Positions 1-8,828 of a stretch of 64,000 bases of DNA are shown here, piece by piece. Source of the stretch: an uncultured Candidatus Saccharibacteria bacterium (GTDB lineage: Bacteria > Patescibacteriota > Minisyncoccia > Phycocordibacterales > EsbW-18); the NCBI GenBank assembly GCA_964478705.1, contig CAYZIR010000003.1, forward strand, positions 17,223-81,222. Direction: 5' to 3'. Under the pieces are notes generated by a model, which was not told the DNA's origin, did no database searches, and worked only from the letters and a program-made list of their open reading frames with translations. The position numbers and the translations under genes are program-made. Numbering within the stretch: the stretch's first letter is position 1; the number at the start of each line of letters is the position of its first letter.

Positions 1-528
1 ACCACCAACGACCACCACACGAACGTTTGCATGACGCCCCGCTCGGATATGATCAGCAGCCGTGTCGAATTCATCGAGTACTGTATTCTTCAGTCTTTTT
101 GCGTCATCAAGATCCTTGAGTGTGAGCGAATTCTTTTCCGCGCCAGGTGTCCCGAAGAAATTCGTCGTTGAACCGATACCCATGATGAGGGTGTCGTACG
201 TGTACTCTTTTGAAATCTCAGGAGTCAGCGCAACCGTTATTCTTTTTGTATCGAGATTGACCGCTGTCACATACCCTTCAAGAAATTCACGCATGTATGG
301 GCCAAAGACATTACGAAGTGGATCAACGATACTGTCAGGACGAAGGAGTCCTGTCGCTACTTCGTGAATCATCGGGATGAATGTGAACGAATCCGATGGC
401 GACACGACGGTGATTTCAATACCATCTGATGCATGTGCATTTCGTATCAGCGTTAGATAGGTATGCAGTCCTGCAAACCCCATACCGACAATAACGATGT
501 GATGTTTCTTGTGTCCGTGTGATGCCAT
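1..528 (-). CDS. ndh: Type II NADH dehydrogenase / FAD-dependent pyridine nucleotide-disulfide oxidoreductase (N-terminal part; gene runs off window edge)
   Basis: Reverse-strand translation from ATG at 526-528 gives MASHGHKKHHIVIVGMGFAGLHTYL..., a Rossmann GxGxxG fold with no stops to position 1. Not in ORF track because it lacks a stop inside the window. Confidence 0.7.
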   Translation of the reverse strand, partial: MASHGHKKHHIVIVGMGFAGLHTYLTLIRNAHASDGIEITVVSPSDSFTFIPMIHEVATGLLRPDSIVDPLRNVFGPYMREFLEGYVTAVNLDTKRITVALTPEISKEYTYDTLIMGIGSTTNFFGTPGAEKNSLTLKDLDDAKRLKNTVLDEFDTAADHIRAGRHANVRVVVVGG

Positions 529-597
529 ACAAAAGACCATCATACCAGAAAACAAAAATCTCGTGAGCAAAAGAAAGCTACACGAGATCTATGACGT

Positions 598-1374
598 TTA
601 GATTGAAAGCTCAACTCCATGGGCAACGGCGCTCTGTTTGATCAATTCGCCGAATTGTCTTGGGCTACAGCCCGCTCCAAGCAAACCGAACGCCCATCGA
701 AAAGGATGCGAGGACTCCTCGAAGAGTCGATCAATGTCAGCCTTGCTAAAAAGCTTGAGTGGCAAGCTTGTCTCTTTTCGTCCAACTTCGAGGTCGAAAC
801 AAATGCCGAGCTGATCGTTGACCAAGCATTCGAACTGTACGATCTTCGATTTGTGCGGAGGGAGAGACTGCCAGACCTTGAAGATCGACTCTCTGTCGAG
901 AGACACAACCGTAATTTCAGTCCCTCCCACGACAGCTGGGAAAGAACCCCTGCAGTTGTGATCGAGGATGAGGACAAAACAGCTCGCATGACGGTAGCCG
1001 AGATGATCCCCCTTCAAGAGCTCAGCGAGATTACTCGGAAGACCTTCCGAAAGCCCACGATCCGCGAGCATGCGAGGACTTTCTTCACCTGTCGCATGGA
1101 AGCGAGCCCATTCTTTCGACTCGATGTCGTACGTCGTGCGAGTGACATGGTTGCTGTCATACAAACTGTGCTGGCATGTGCCACACAGAGCGACGCCGCA
1201 CGCGAGTCCTCCCATTTGGTCATCGCAGGATCGCACAGCTTTGTCTTTGCACGACGCACACAAGAGCTTTTCGTGCTGAGAGCACCACCCGTTGTCAGTC
1301 GGCTTTTTGCATGGGCTATAACCTTTCGCATTGAACTGGCAAGGGACTGACTCGGGCATCTGGACATCGGCCAT
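598..1374 (-). CDS. Hypothetical protein with N-terminal Cys-rich (zinc-finger-like) domain
   Basis: 258-aa ORF with 9 Cys in the first 67 aa (CxxC-like pairs), in a locally GC-richer stretch. A 243-aa ORF on the opposite strand (619..1350) fully overlaps it, so strand choice is uncertain. Confidence 0.4.
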   Translation of the reverse strand: MADVQMPESVPCQFNAKGYSPCKKPTDNGWCSQHEKLLCASCKDKAVRSCDDQMGGLACGVALCGTCQHSLYDSNHVTRTTYDIESKEWARFHATGEESPRMLADRGLSEGLPSNLAELLKGDHLGYRHASCFVLILDHNCRGSFPAVVGGTEITVVSLDRESIFKVWQSLPPHKSKIVQFECLVNDQLGICFDLEVGRKETSLPLKLFSKADIDRLFEESSHPFRWAFGLLGAGCSPRQFGELIKQSAVAHGVELSI

Positions 1375-1657
1375 CCTGTTCCTCCTCTTTCAGTCGTCGG
1401 TTGTTACTGTTCCGAGTCAGACAGTACATGACTCTCTAATGGATATCAATATTGAATTACATAGTTGTGGATTACAGATAGGTATGAGTACACATATCCT
1501 TCTGAAACTGATGTACCTGAAACTAAAATAACCTTTCATAGAGCCGTTTTTTGTCGAAAATAAAATCTTTATGAAATCCATTTTCCCCAAGGACTGGACA
1601 GGAAGAGAGCCAAGCGTATAATGCCCACCAATACATTTAACAATTCACACAACCACT

Positions 1658-2332
1658 ATGCGCGCTCTTGTGATCGAAGATGATCAGTACATTGCAGAAG
1701 CGCTTTCGACAGCGCTTAAGAATGAGCGTCTCCTGGTTGAAACGGCTCCCGATGGCGACACGGGGGCCTTTTTTGCAACCACCAATGACTACGACATCAT
1801 TCTTTTGGATACGATGTTGCCAAAAAAGAACGGTGCGGAGGTGTGTCGTCAAATCCGAGAATCCGGCAAGACAACAGCGATTCTCTCAATCTCAGCGAAA
1901 TCCGACCCACATACAAAAACAGAATTACTCGATGCGGGCGTCGACGACTACATAGGAAAGCCGTTTGTTATGGAAGAGGTACTTGCGCGCGTTCGCGCAC
2001 TCCTACGACGCCCACGACAACTCACCGGAAGCACACTCTCTATCGCCGATCTTATCCTTGATACACGAACTCAAAAAACAGAGCGTGGCACACAACAAAT
2101 ACACCTCACACGCAAAGAGTTTATGTTACTCGAATACTTTATGCGTAATATTGGAACGGTTTTGTCACGGGGCATGCTGATGGAGCATGTGTGGGATATG
2201 TCGATCGATCCATTTTCGAACACTATCGAGGCGCATATCATGACGTTGCGTAAAAAAATTCACGTACGAGGGAAACCCACGCTCATACACACAGTATCCG
2301 GAAGGGGCTATAAACTCGCCATCGCCGAATAA
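1658..2332 (+). CDS. OmpR/PhoB-family two-component response regulator
   Basis: Receiver domain (…ILLDTMLP…) plus C-terminal winged-helix domain (…LTRKEFMLLEYFMRN…RGYKL). Confidence 0.9.
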   Translation: MRALVIEDDQYIAEALSTALKNERLLVETAPDGDTGAFFATTNDYDIILLDTMLPKKNGAEVCRQIRESGKTTAILSISAKSDPHTKTELLDAGVDDYIGKPFVMEEVLARVRALLRRPRQLTGSTLSIADLILDTRTQKTERGTQQIHLTRKEFMLLEYFMRNIGTVLSRGMLMEHVWDMSIDPFSNTIEAHIMTLRKKIHVRGKPTLIHTVSGRGYKLAIAE

Positions 2333-2336
2333 CACC

Positions 2337-3302
2337 ATGATGACACCACGACAAACAACAAAAGAAACAAGTGGTGTCATCGCCTCCCCCATATCCCACG
2401 ATGAGGCACTTGCTGACATCGCGCACGGACTCCAAACGCCTATAGCAGCTCTGATAGCGCATCTTGAAATTCTCGCCAAAAAAAGGCCACGAACCCGTGA
2501 AATAAAAATATGTTCCGCCATCGCCCATGATATGGGAGACATGGTTCGTGACTTGGTTCGCCTTGCACGAGCAGATACCACTGTTCGCACGAGCGTTCGT
2601 GAAATCATTGATATAGGCGCATTGGTGCGTTCGTTGGTTGAGTATGTAGAGGTGCTGGCACGAGCGCAAGGTATTGCACTCCACGTTGATATCGCTGAAG
2701 GTATATTAGTCTGTGGTGCACGAAAACAAATTGAAGATGTGATATTGAATCTCATCGGCAACAGTATCAAGTATATGGATCCAGCGTTACGCGGGAAAAA
2801 CATGATCAAAATAATGATTGCTCACGACGATTCGTATTGCCGAATTATCATCAAAGACAACGGAATTGGAATTGATGCAAACGAATTGCCCCATGTCTTC
2901 ACGCGCTTCTATAGAACGCGAGCCGGCAGTAAACAAGCGACAGGATCAGGACTTGGTCTTGCAATAACAAAAAAGACCATCGAAGCTCACGATGGATCAA
3001 TCGAAATTAAAAGTGCGTCCGGTATTGGCACCTGTGTATTTTGTTCCTTTCCGCTTTTTGCGCCTCGCTTACCCCTTTCGAAGTGTGTCGCTCACCACAG
3101 TACCATCCTCGAGCTCAATGATACGGTCTGCAAAGACAGCGTATTCGGGTTCATGGGTCACCATAACAATCGTTTGCCCGTTGCGCTTGTGAAGATCCTG
3201 CATAACGTTGATGACGCTCTCTCCGGATACACTATCAAGATTCGCCGTTGGTTCGTCAGCGAAAAGTATATCTGGCGATTCAGCAATCGCACGGGCGATT
3301 GA
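2337..3302 (+). CDS. Sensor histidine kinase (HisKA + HATPase_c only; no TM or sensor domain)
   Basis: H-box HDEALADIAHGLQTPIAAL, N box and G2 box GSGLGLAI. The ORF continues about 80 aa past the usual HATPase end and overlaps the convergent ABC ATPase gene by 234 nt. Confidence 0.75.
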   Translation: MMTPRQTTKETSGVIASPISHDEALADIAHGLQTPIAALIAHLEILAKKRPRTREIKICSAIAHDMGDMVRDLVRLARADTTVRTSVREIIDIGALVRSLVEYVEVLARAQGIALHVDIAEGILVCGARKQIEDVILNLIGNSIKYMDPALRGKNMIKIMIAHDDSYCRIIIKDNGIGIDANELPHVFTRFYRTRAGSKQATGSGLGLAITKKTIEAHDGSIEIKSASGIGTCVFCSFPLFAPRLPLSKCVAHHSTILELNDTVCKDSVFGFMGHHNNRLPVALVKILHNVDDALSGYTIKIRRWFVSEKYIWRFSNRTGD

Positions 3303-3761
3303 TACACGCTGCTGTTCACCGCCAGACAACTGGCTTGGATGATTCGCATGGCGGTGTGCAAGACCAACTGCATCAAGCGCTTTAATCGATTTTTGAACCG
3401 CTTCTTCACGCGATAGCCCGTCCATCATAAGCGGTATTGCCACGTTATCAACCGCAGTGAGCTCCGGTAGGAGCGCATAGTCTTGAAAAATATAGCCCAA
3501 ACGTTTCAAACGAAATGTGGTGCGTTCGCTTTCTGTAAATTGCTCAGTATCGATGCCGTCAAGAATCACTTTACCTGTCGTCGGCTCATCGAGGAGACTC
3601 ATCTGATACATCAACGTTGATTTGCCCGCACCGGACTTCCCCATAATCGCAACAAATTGGCCTTTTGGAATTTCAAGCGTAATGCCACGAAGCACCCGCG
3701 TGATGACATCACCCTTACCGTAATTTTTTGTGAGGTTTTCTACTTTGATCATACGGTTCAT
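3069..3761 (-). CDS. ABC transporter ATP-binding protein (MacB/LolD/FtsE-like)
   Basis: Walker A GKSGAGKST, ABC signature LSGGEQQR, Walker B ILFADEPT. Confidence 0.9.
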   Translation of the reverse strand: MNRMIKVENLTKNYGKGDVITRVLRGITLEIPKGQFVAIMGKSGAGKSTLMYQMSLLDEPTTGKVILDGIDTEQFTESERTTFRLKRLGYIFQDYALLPELTAVDNVAIPLMMDGLSREEAVQKSIKALDAVGLAHRHANHPSQLSGGEQQRVSIARAIAESPDILFADEPTANLDSVSGESVINVMQDLHKRNGQTIVMVTHEPEYAVFADRIIELEDGTVVSDTLRKG

Positions 3762-5027
3762 TTAACGCCCAAGAATCGCATCAAGCGTGTTTCGTTTGAT
3801 AATCATCCACGCCGGAATATATCCTGCAATCAGGGTCGCAACGATGAGTATAGTGAGTTTAATCAACGTACTTGAAATTGGAGCGACAAGAATACCATCG
3901 GAAAATGGAAAATTAATTGGATGTGTATTAAAAAACGGCACCAATAATCCGTAGATAATAATCAGAGCGAGTCCTGATCCGATAATAGCGTACAACAATG
4001 ATTGGATAACATAGGACAATTCAATCGCGCCCGCGCGCACACCGATACCTTTTAGAATACCTATATACTTTCTGCGTGTAATTGCATTCACGAAGATTAC
4101 GATGAAGATGGTGATTGATGAAACCATCAGACCAACAGAGCTAATGCCATTACCGAGCATCGCAAACGTGTTGATCATATCGAGCAGGAACTGTGGCAAT
4201 CCTTCGCGTGAGAGACGTACAAGAGCAGATTCCCCTGCACCACTCGCAAGGAGCGCCTGTTTGATCGTTGCCGGGTCATGACCTTCATCAACACGAATCG
4301 CAATCTCATTCATATTAAGATTGGTACGCCCCGAGACACGTATAAATTCTCCCTTTGTCACAAACACACGGCGTGAAATCTCATCAACTTTTGTCTTTAA
4401 AATTCCTTTGACGATATACTCCTTTGTTGCATCGCCAACCGTCACGCGAATACGGCTCCCTGGCTTTACGTTTGAGAGAGTTGGATATCCGACATCATCA
4501 CCTTGTCCCAATGGGGAATACTGTTCGAGCAGATTCGCACCGAGCATCACATACCCACCATCCTGGTTGGTCAAATATGAACCTTCAATCACACTGTCAG
4601 CAAGGCCTGTCACAATGTTTTCGATGTCAGGATCGAAGCCAACAATTGTCGTTCCGACAGCGTCACGGAGTGCTTTAGGATCGCGACGCTCGCGGTAGTT
4701 CGCTTCGAGCGTTACTCCTTCAGTGAATCGCGCGCTGTACGCCTCGATACCAGGGATGGTTTCAAGCGTTGTGATAAGCGTTGGCGTTTGTTCAATATAT
4801 TTTTCACCTGCAGGTGTTGTGATAAAGACGTTCCCTGTGAATTGATCTTCGTACGTCTTTACCGACCCTTCAATCAATCCGACCAAAATTCCTGAAACTG
4901 CTACTAGGTTCAAGAACGTCAACATCATGATGAAGATGATGAGTGTCGTGGTCCAAATACTTGCATGACGAATCTGCTTCCATCCGAGCAAGAATCCGAC
5001 TCGTAGTGTGTCTCGGAATACAGACAT
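3762..5027 (-). CDS. ABC transporter permease (FtsX/MacB-type, with large periplasmic domain)
   Basis: ORF-track 3762..5102. The internal Met at 5027 (MSVFRDTL…) leaves a 4-nt gap to the upstream HlyD stop and is the more likely start. Four C-terminal TM helices typical of the FtsX fold. Confidence 0.8.
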   Translation of the reverse strand: MSVFRDTLRVGFLLGWKQIRHASIWTTTLIIFIMMLTFLNLVAVSGILVGLIEGSVKTYEDQFTGNVFITTPAGEKYIEQTPTLITTLETIPGIEAYSARFTEGVTLEANYRERRDPKALRDAVGTTIVGFDPDIENIVTGLADSVIEGSYLTNQDGGYVMLGANLLEQYSPLGQGDDVGYPTLSNVKPGSRIRVTVGDATKEYIVKGILKTKVDEISRRVFVTKGEFIRVSGRTNLNMNEIAIRVDEGHDPATIKQALLASGAGESALVRLSREGLPQFLLDMINTFAMLGNGISSVGLMVSSITIFIVIFVNAITRRKYIGILKGIGVRAGAIELSYVIQSLLYAIIGSGLALIIIYGLLVPFFNTHPINFPFSDGILVAPISSTLIKLTILIVATLIAGYIPAWMIIKRNTLDAILGR

Positions 5028-5031
5028 AGTG

Positions 5032-6474
5032 TTATTCGGGGATGAGCACACTCTGTCCTTCCACCAAACCAGCTGTAACCTCGACGAAGCCATCACTGCC
5101 ACGAAGACCCATACCTACAGTAATCCCCCTTTCTTCATCACCCTCAAGAACGGTGACGTACGCTGTACCATCTTCGCGAAAACGAAATGCACGTATAGGG
5201 AGTGCGAGGACATCGTCACGTCTATTGGTTATAATCACAACATCTGCGGTCATGCCAGATGCAATACGAGGATCTTGGTTCTCAAATGCGAGACGTGCTT
5301 CATACACCGCGATATCGTCAACTAAGGTTTCAGTGCGATTGACCGATACAACACGCGCAGGAAGCACTTCCTCTGCACCAAGTGCATCGAGTGTAATGCT
5401 TGCCAAATTACCGTTTTTGACTTTGATACTATCGATTTCCGGAAGATCAATTTCAATACCAAACCCGTCGTTTGAAATCATAGATACAACTTTAGTATTG
5501 CTTCCGACTGACTCACCGGGATCAACATCAACCGAAGTGACAACGCCGTCAAAAGGGGCTGAAAGAATCCGTTGGCTAATGAGTGCTTGGATTCGTGCAA
5601 CTTCTGCCTCAGCCTGCGCCAATTCCGCTTCCGCAATTGAAACACCAGACTCTTGGGCACGGAGTTCCGTTTGCGCCTCATCAAGAGCCCTGTCGCGTTC
5701 ACGAAGTGCATCTTGGTATGCGCTATAGTTTGTTGCGTACGAGTCTCCGTTTTTGTTTGGAATGGTGATATACCAAATCGTATTGTGGTAACTTGATGGA
5801 TCGCCAGAAAAGAGTATTGAAAGTCCGTGCGTACCAATGGCCGTCGCCCCAGTATCACGTACTCGGATTGGTTCTGGTTTTTCGAGACCGAACACATACA
5901 TATCAGTCTCTCCATTTTGCAATGCTGACTTAAGATTGATTTTGTACGTGCCTTCAATTCCCTTCGTATAACGCCCACTTACCACTGGTGGCGTTTGTGT
6001 ATAACTCGGGCTTTGAGGTTCTGCGATAAGATCATCAGAGAGAAGTTCTGAGAGTGCATTTTGAACGAGCGTATCCTGTTTTTCTTTGATTGCATCAAGA
6101 TTGATTGTCGTATTGGCGACATTCGCACGCTTGATGGCAACCTGCGCTTGTGCGGACTGAAGTTCCGCCACCAATGTCCCGAGACTCAACGATACCAATG
6201 TCTGCCCTCGGTATACCTGATCATTTACTGCAACCGCAACCTCACGGACAATACCTGACGTTTCAAACCCAACATCAGATACAATCCGTGCCTCAACCGT
6301 TCCTGAAACGCGCACTTCTTCAATGATATCTCGACGAATAACCGCAAGAGTCTCTCCTTCACCAGTGCCATTGCCACCAAAGACAATCGTGCCAATCACC
6401 ACAAGCGCCACAGCACCACTAACCATGTAGGAAAGCTTTTTATGAGCCTGTATATATGTTCGTATTCGTTGCAT
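5032..6474 (-). CDS. HlyD/MacA-family periplasmic adaptor (membrane fusion protein)
   Basis: N-terminal TM, coiled-coil (…ALDEAQTELRAQESGVSIAEAELAQAEAEVARIQ…) and beta-barrel lipoyl-like domains. Operon context with the ABC permease and ATPase. Confidence 0.85.
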   Translation of the reverse strand: MQRIRTYIQAHKKLSYMVSGAVALVVIGTIVFGGNGTGEGETLAVIRRDIIEEVRVSGTVEARIVSDVGFETSGIVREVAVAVNDQVYRGQTLVSLSLGTLVAELQSAQAQVAIKRANVANTTINLDAIKEKQDTLVQNALSELLSDDLIAEPQSPSYTQTPPVVSGRYTKGIEGTYKINLKSALQNGETDMYVFGLEKPEPIRVRDTGATAIGTHGLSILFSGDPSSYHNTIWYITIPNKNGDSYATNYSAYQDALRERDRALDEAQTELRAQESGVSIAEAELAQAEAEVARIQALISQRILSAPFDGVVTSVDVDPGESVGSNTKVVSMISNDGFGIEIDLPEIDSIKVKNGNLASITLDALGAEEVLPARVVSVNRTETLVDDIAVYEARLAFENQDPRIASGMTADVVIITNRRDDVLALPIRAFRFREDGTAYVTVLEGDEERGITVGMGLRGSDGFVEVTAGLVEGQSVLIPE

Positions 6475-6492
6475 AGAATACTAGACTACCAC

Positions 6493-6520
6493 AAAAAACC
6501 CCTACACGGAAAGGTTTTTT
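6493..6520 (-). terminator. Rho-independent terminator downstream of msrA
   Basis: Hairpin aaaaaacc…ggtttttt with a T-run on the minus strand. Confidence 0.5.
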
Positions 6521-6522
6521 AG

Positions 6523-6987
6523 TTATAGGTGACAGACACCACCGCCATTTTTTACAAAATATTTTTGGTGATATTCCTCTGCTGGGTAAAAGAGTGTTGC
6601 CGTTGTCACCTCGGTTGCGATTGGCTCTACACTCTTTTTCTGCTCTTCTGCACGCACCCGCTTCGCTTCACCCTCCTGCTCAGATGTCGTTGTAAAGATT
6701 GCTGACCGATATTGCGACCCGATGTCCGGACCCTGTCGATTCACCTGTGTTGCATCATGAATGCTAAAAAACTTTTGAAGAATATCGGTGTATGAAATCG
6801 TTTCAGGATCAAACACAATCTGCACTGCTTCAGCGTGTCCTGTTGTGTCAGAACAAACATCTTTGTATGTCGGGTTTTTGGTGTGGCCGCCGGTGTACCC
6901 AACAGTTGTTTCAAGGACACCTGGAAGCACGCGAAAGGCTTCTTCAACTCCCCAGAAACATCCCGCGGCAACGATCGCTGTTTCCAT
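6523..6987 (-). CDS. msrA: Peptide methionine sulfoxide reductase MsrA
   Basis: GCFWG active-site motif and full-length MsrA fold. Confidence 0.92.
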   Translation of the reverse strand: METAIVAAGCFWGVEEAFRVLPGVLETTVGYTGGHTKNPTYKDVCSDTTGHAEAVQIVFDPETISYTDILQKFFSIHDATQVNRQGPDIGSQYRSAIFTTTSEQEGEAKRVRAEEQKKSVEPIATEVTTATLFYPAEEYHQKYFVKNGGGVCHL

Positions 6988-7001
6988 GGTAGGAGAAAAA
7001 A

Positions 7002-7634
7002 TTATGATGCGTCTTTTGATACAGGAACAATGTGTTCAAAGAGCGTCGTACTTTTCCGAGAGATATTGAAGAGAATAGCGACCGTAAAGAGAAAGAGCGA
7101 GATTTCGGTACTCCAAAAACTCACAATGATCGCACATGCGGCAGTATAGACGGGAAAGAGGATACGAATCGTGCCATGCTGTGTCTCTGATGGCGACATT
7201 TCGAGATTTCTAATCGTTGGTGCACCAATAACATACTGACGCATCATGTAGAGCAAGAGGCCGATGATGATGATGTGTACTCCGTAGATAGCGATAGCTG
7301 CTTGGGTATCGTGATATCGCCCGAGCAAGAGCGTTGTAAAAGGAACCAATCCAACGAATAAGAAGAAAAATGCATTCAGCGTGGCAAACGCGTTATCGAT
7401 ATTCTTCGCAAGAACCGATGCAATATGGTGATGCCCGCGCCAATAGGTAAACAGAAGCATGAATGACAGAAGATAACTTAAGAAAAGTGGAGTCACTGAG
7501 ATGAAGGCTCGAAAGACATCGGCATTGGTGGAGACTCCTTCAATAAGTGGAACACGAATCTCGAGAACCAAAAGCGTCATAACAATTGCAAAAATCCCAT
7601 CAGATAATTGATCAAGGCGTGATTGTTTCATCAT
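7002..7634 (-). CDS. TMEM175/DUF1211-family potassium channel
   Basis: RLDQLSDGIFAIVMTLLVLEI signature of DUF1211/TMEM175 and 6 TM helices. ORF-track start at 7859, but the Met pair at 7634/7631 gives a typical ~210-aa protein; the upstream 225 nt look non-coding and structured. Confidence 0.75.
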   Translation of the reverse strand: MMKQSRLDQLSDGIFAIVMTLLVLEIRVPLIEGVSTNADVFRAFISVTPLFLSYLLSFMLLFTYWRGHHHIASVLAKNIDNAFATLNAFFFLFVGLVPFTTLLLGRYHDTQAAIAIYGVHIIIIGLLLYMMRQYVIGAPTIRNLEMSPSETQHGTIRILFPVYTAACAIIVSFWSTEISLFLFTVAILFNISRKSTTLFEHIVPVSKDAS

Positions 7635-7639
7635 ATGTA

Positions 7640-7852
7640 TAGAGTATACAGAGCCGAGCGCGCAGAAACAAAGCACCGTTACATACAATGACCTCCTCCC
7701 CGCACTCCACTTCGCTCCGTACGGGGTTTCCTTATGAAGGTGCACTTTGTGCAAGACAGTCCGGATTCGCTTCGCGAACCGGTGCAAGGTTCCATTCATC
7801 CCCGGACTGCGGAAGCCCCACGTCTTCCTTGTCCGGGGTTTCCTGGTATTGA
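7640..7852 (-). ncRNA. Candidate structured 5' leader (possible ydaO-like c-di-AMP riboswitch) of the K+ channel gene
   Basis: Minus-sense RNA has two parallel half-sites, AGGAAACCCCGGACAAGGAAGACGUGGGG and AGGAAACCCCGUACGGAGCGAAGUGGAGUGCGGGG, plus GAAUCCGG and GGGGAUGAAUGG segments reminiscent of ydaO motifs. It sits upstream of a K+ channel gene. Confidence 0.3.
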
Positions 7853-7856
7853 AAAA

Positions 7857-7888
7857 CACCTCACCCTATAAGGATGAGGTGTTTTTTT
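7857..7888. terminator. Bidirectional rho-independent terminator
   Basis: Stem cacctca…tgaggtg flanked by an A-run on one side and a T-run on the other. Confidence 0.6.
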
Positions 7889-7893
7889 GTTTC

Positions 7894-8049
7894 TTAGAGC
7901 TCTGCGTTAACATCGACAACATCGCTTTCTTCAGTCGTTGGCTCAACAGGAGCGGCATTTTGGTATGTTTTGTACCACCAAACACCGAATCCTACGAGCA
8001 CAACGAGAATGACAACGAGTATAATCGTATTGGTATTTCCTTTTTTCAT
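7894..8049 (-). CDS. Small hypothetical membrane protein (51 aa)
   Basis: MKKGNTNTIILVVILVVLVGFGVWWYK… single TM. The ORF-track 91-aa version has a basic N-extension that is probably not translated. Confidence 0.35.
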   Translation of the reverse strand: MKKGNTNTIILVVILVVLVGFGVWWYKTYQNAAPVEPTTEESDVVDVNAEL

Positions 8050-8071
8050 ACTGGGTGTAAAAACTAATAAA

Positions 8072-8485
8072 CTATTTTTTCTTTCCGACCTTTTTTGATG
8101 GTGAGTTTCGTACCGCTTTCTTGACGTGCGCAGTGCCCTTTCGTGCAGAGGCTTTCGTCGAGGCAACAATCGAACGCCATGTCTTTTTCAGCTCTTCCGC
8201 AAGTGCAACAACCTCTTTTTTCGAAGATCCGTAATCCTTTGCATACTTCGCCGCAACCGCGTCAACCAAATTATTGTAGACCGGCTCACTGACATCCTTA
8301 AGTTTTTCAATTCGCTCAACGACTTCTCCTTTCATTTTGATACTCCAGCCTTTTACTTGTTTGCGGTGTTGTTTCCCTTTGGGTCCGAGAAAGTAGTATG
8401 ACGCTGCTGCAAGTGCTGCGATGCCTGCTCCGATAGCAAGTGTGTTCCCTGCTGCTGACTTTGACGATGGTTTCTTATGATTCAT
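8072..8485 (-). CDS. Hypothetical YtxH-like protein (N-terminal TM + coiled coil)
   Basis: Ala/Gly-rich N-terminal TM followed by K/E-rich helices. Confidence 0.5.
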   Translation of the reverse strand: MNHKKPSSKSAAGNTLAIGAGIAALAAASYYFLGPKGKQHRKQVKGWSIKMKGEVVERIEKLKDVSEPVYNNLVDAVAAKYAKDYGSSKKEVVALAEELKKTWRSIVASTKASARKGTAHVKKAVRNSPSKKVGKKK

Positions 8486-8522
8486 GGTTGTGAGTGATTA
8501 GGTAGTAAGAGTGCTGTTTCAA

Positions 8523-8789
8523 CTAGAGGTCTTCGCTTTTTTGTTTCTTCTCTTTTCGCTTCGGACGCTTTGCTTTCTCACGACCACTAAAGAGAAATCG
8601 GAGGAACGGTATGCCGCGCAATGAATCCTCGAGAGACGCAATATTATCGGACAATCGTTCGGCAATCGACTGGACAGTCTTCACCAAACGAAACACATGG
8701 AAGAGAAGAAACGCGACGAATGCGGTGAGGATAATAACCGCACACGTTGTGACAAAAAAGAAAATGTCCGATGTCAAAACACTGTCCAT
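8523..8789 (-). CDS. Hypothetical small membrane protein (DUF948-like)
   Basis: N-terminal TM, coiled-coil and basic C-terminus. Confidence 0.45.
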   Translation of the reverse strand: MDSVLTSDIFFFVTTCAVIILTAFVAFLLFHVFRLVKTVQSIAERLSDNIASLEDSLRGIPFLRFLFSGREKAKRPKRKEKKQKSEDL

Positions 8790-8828
8790 AGGGACAGTGT
8801 AGCAGAGTCGGCCGACGTGCGAAGTGGA

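Noticed and set aside
62-367. 101-aa + strand ORF
   Set aside because: Antisense to the clear ndh reading frame (Rossmann GxGxxG on the minus strand); low-complexity Ser/Val-rich product.
619-1350. 243-aa + strand ORF fully overlapping the minus-strand Cys-rich ORF
   Set aside because: Probably a shadow ORF of the GC-rich segment. The minus-strand frame has the structured Cys-cluster domain, so I kept that one, at low confidence.
7635-7859. N-terminal 75-aa extension of the K+ channel ORF
   Set aside because: Basic, non-TM, overlaps a conspicuously structured repeat-bearing segment. The internal Met pair gives a canonical-length DUF1211 protein.
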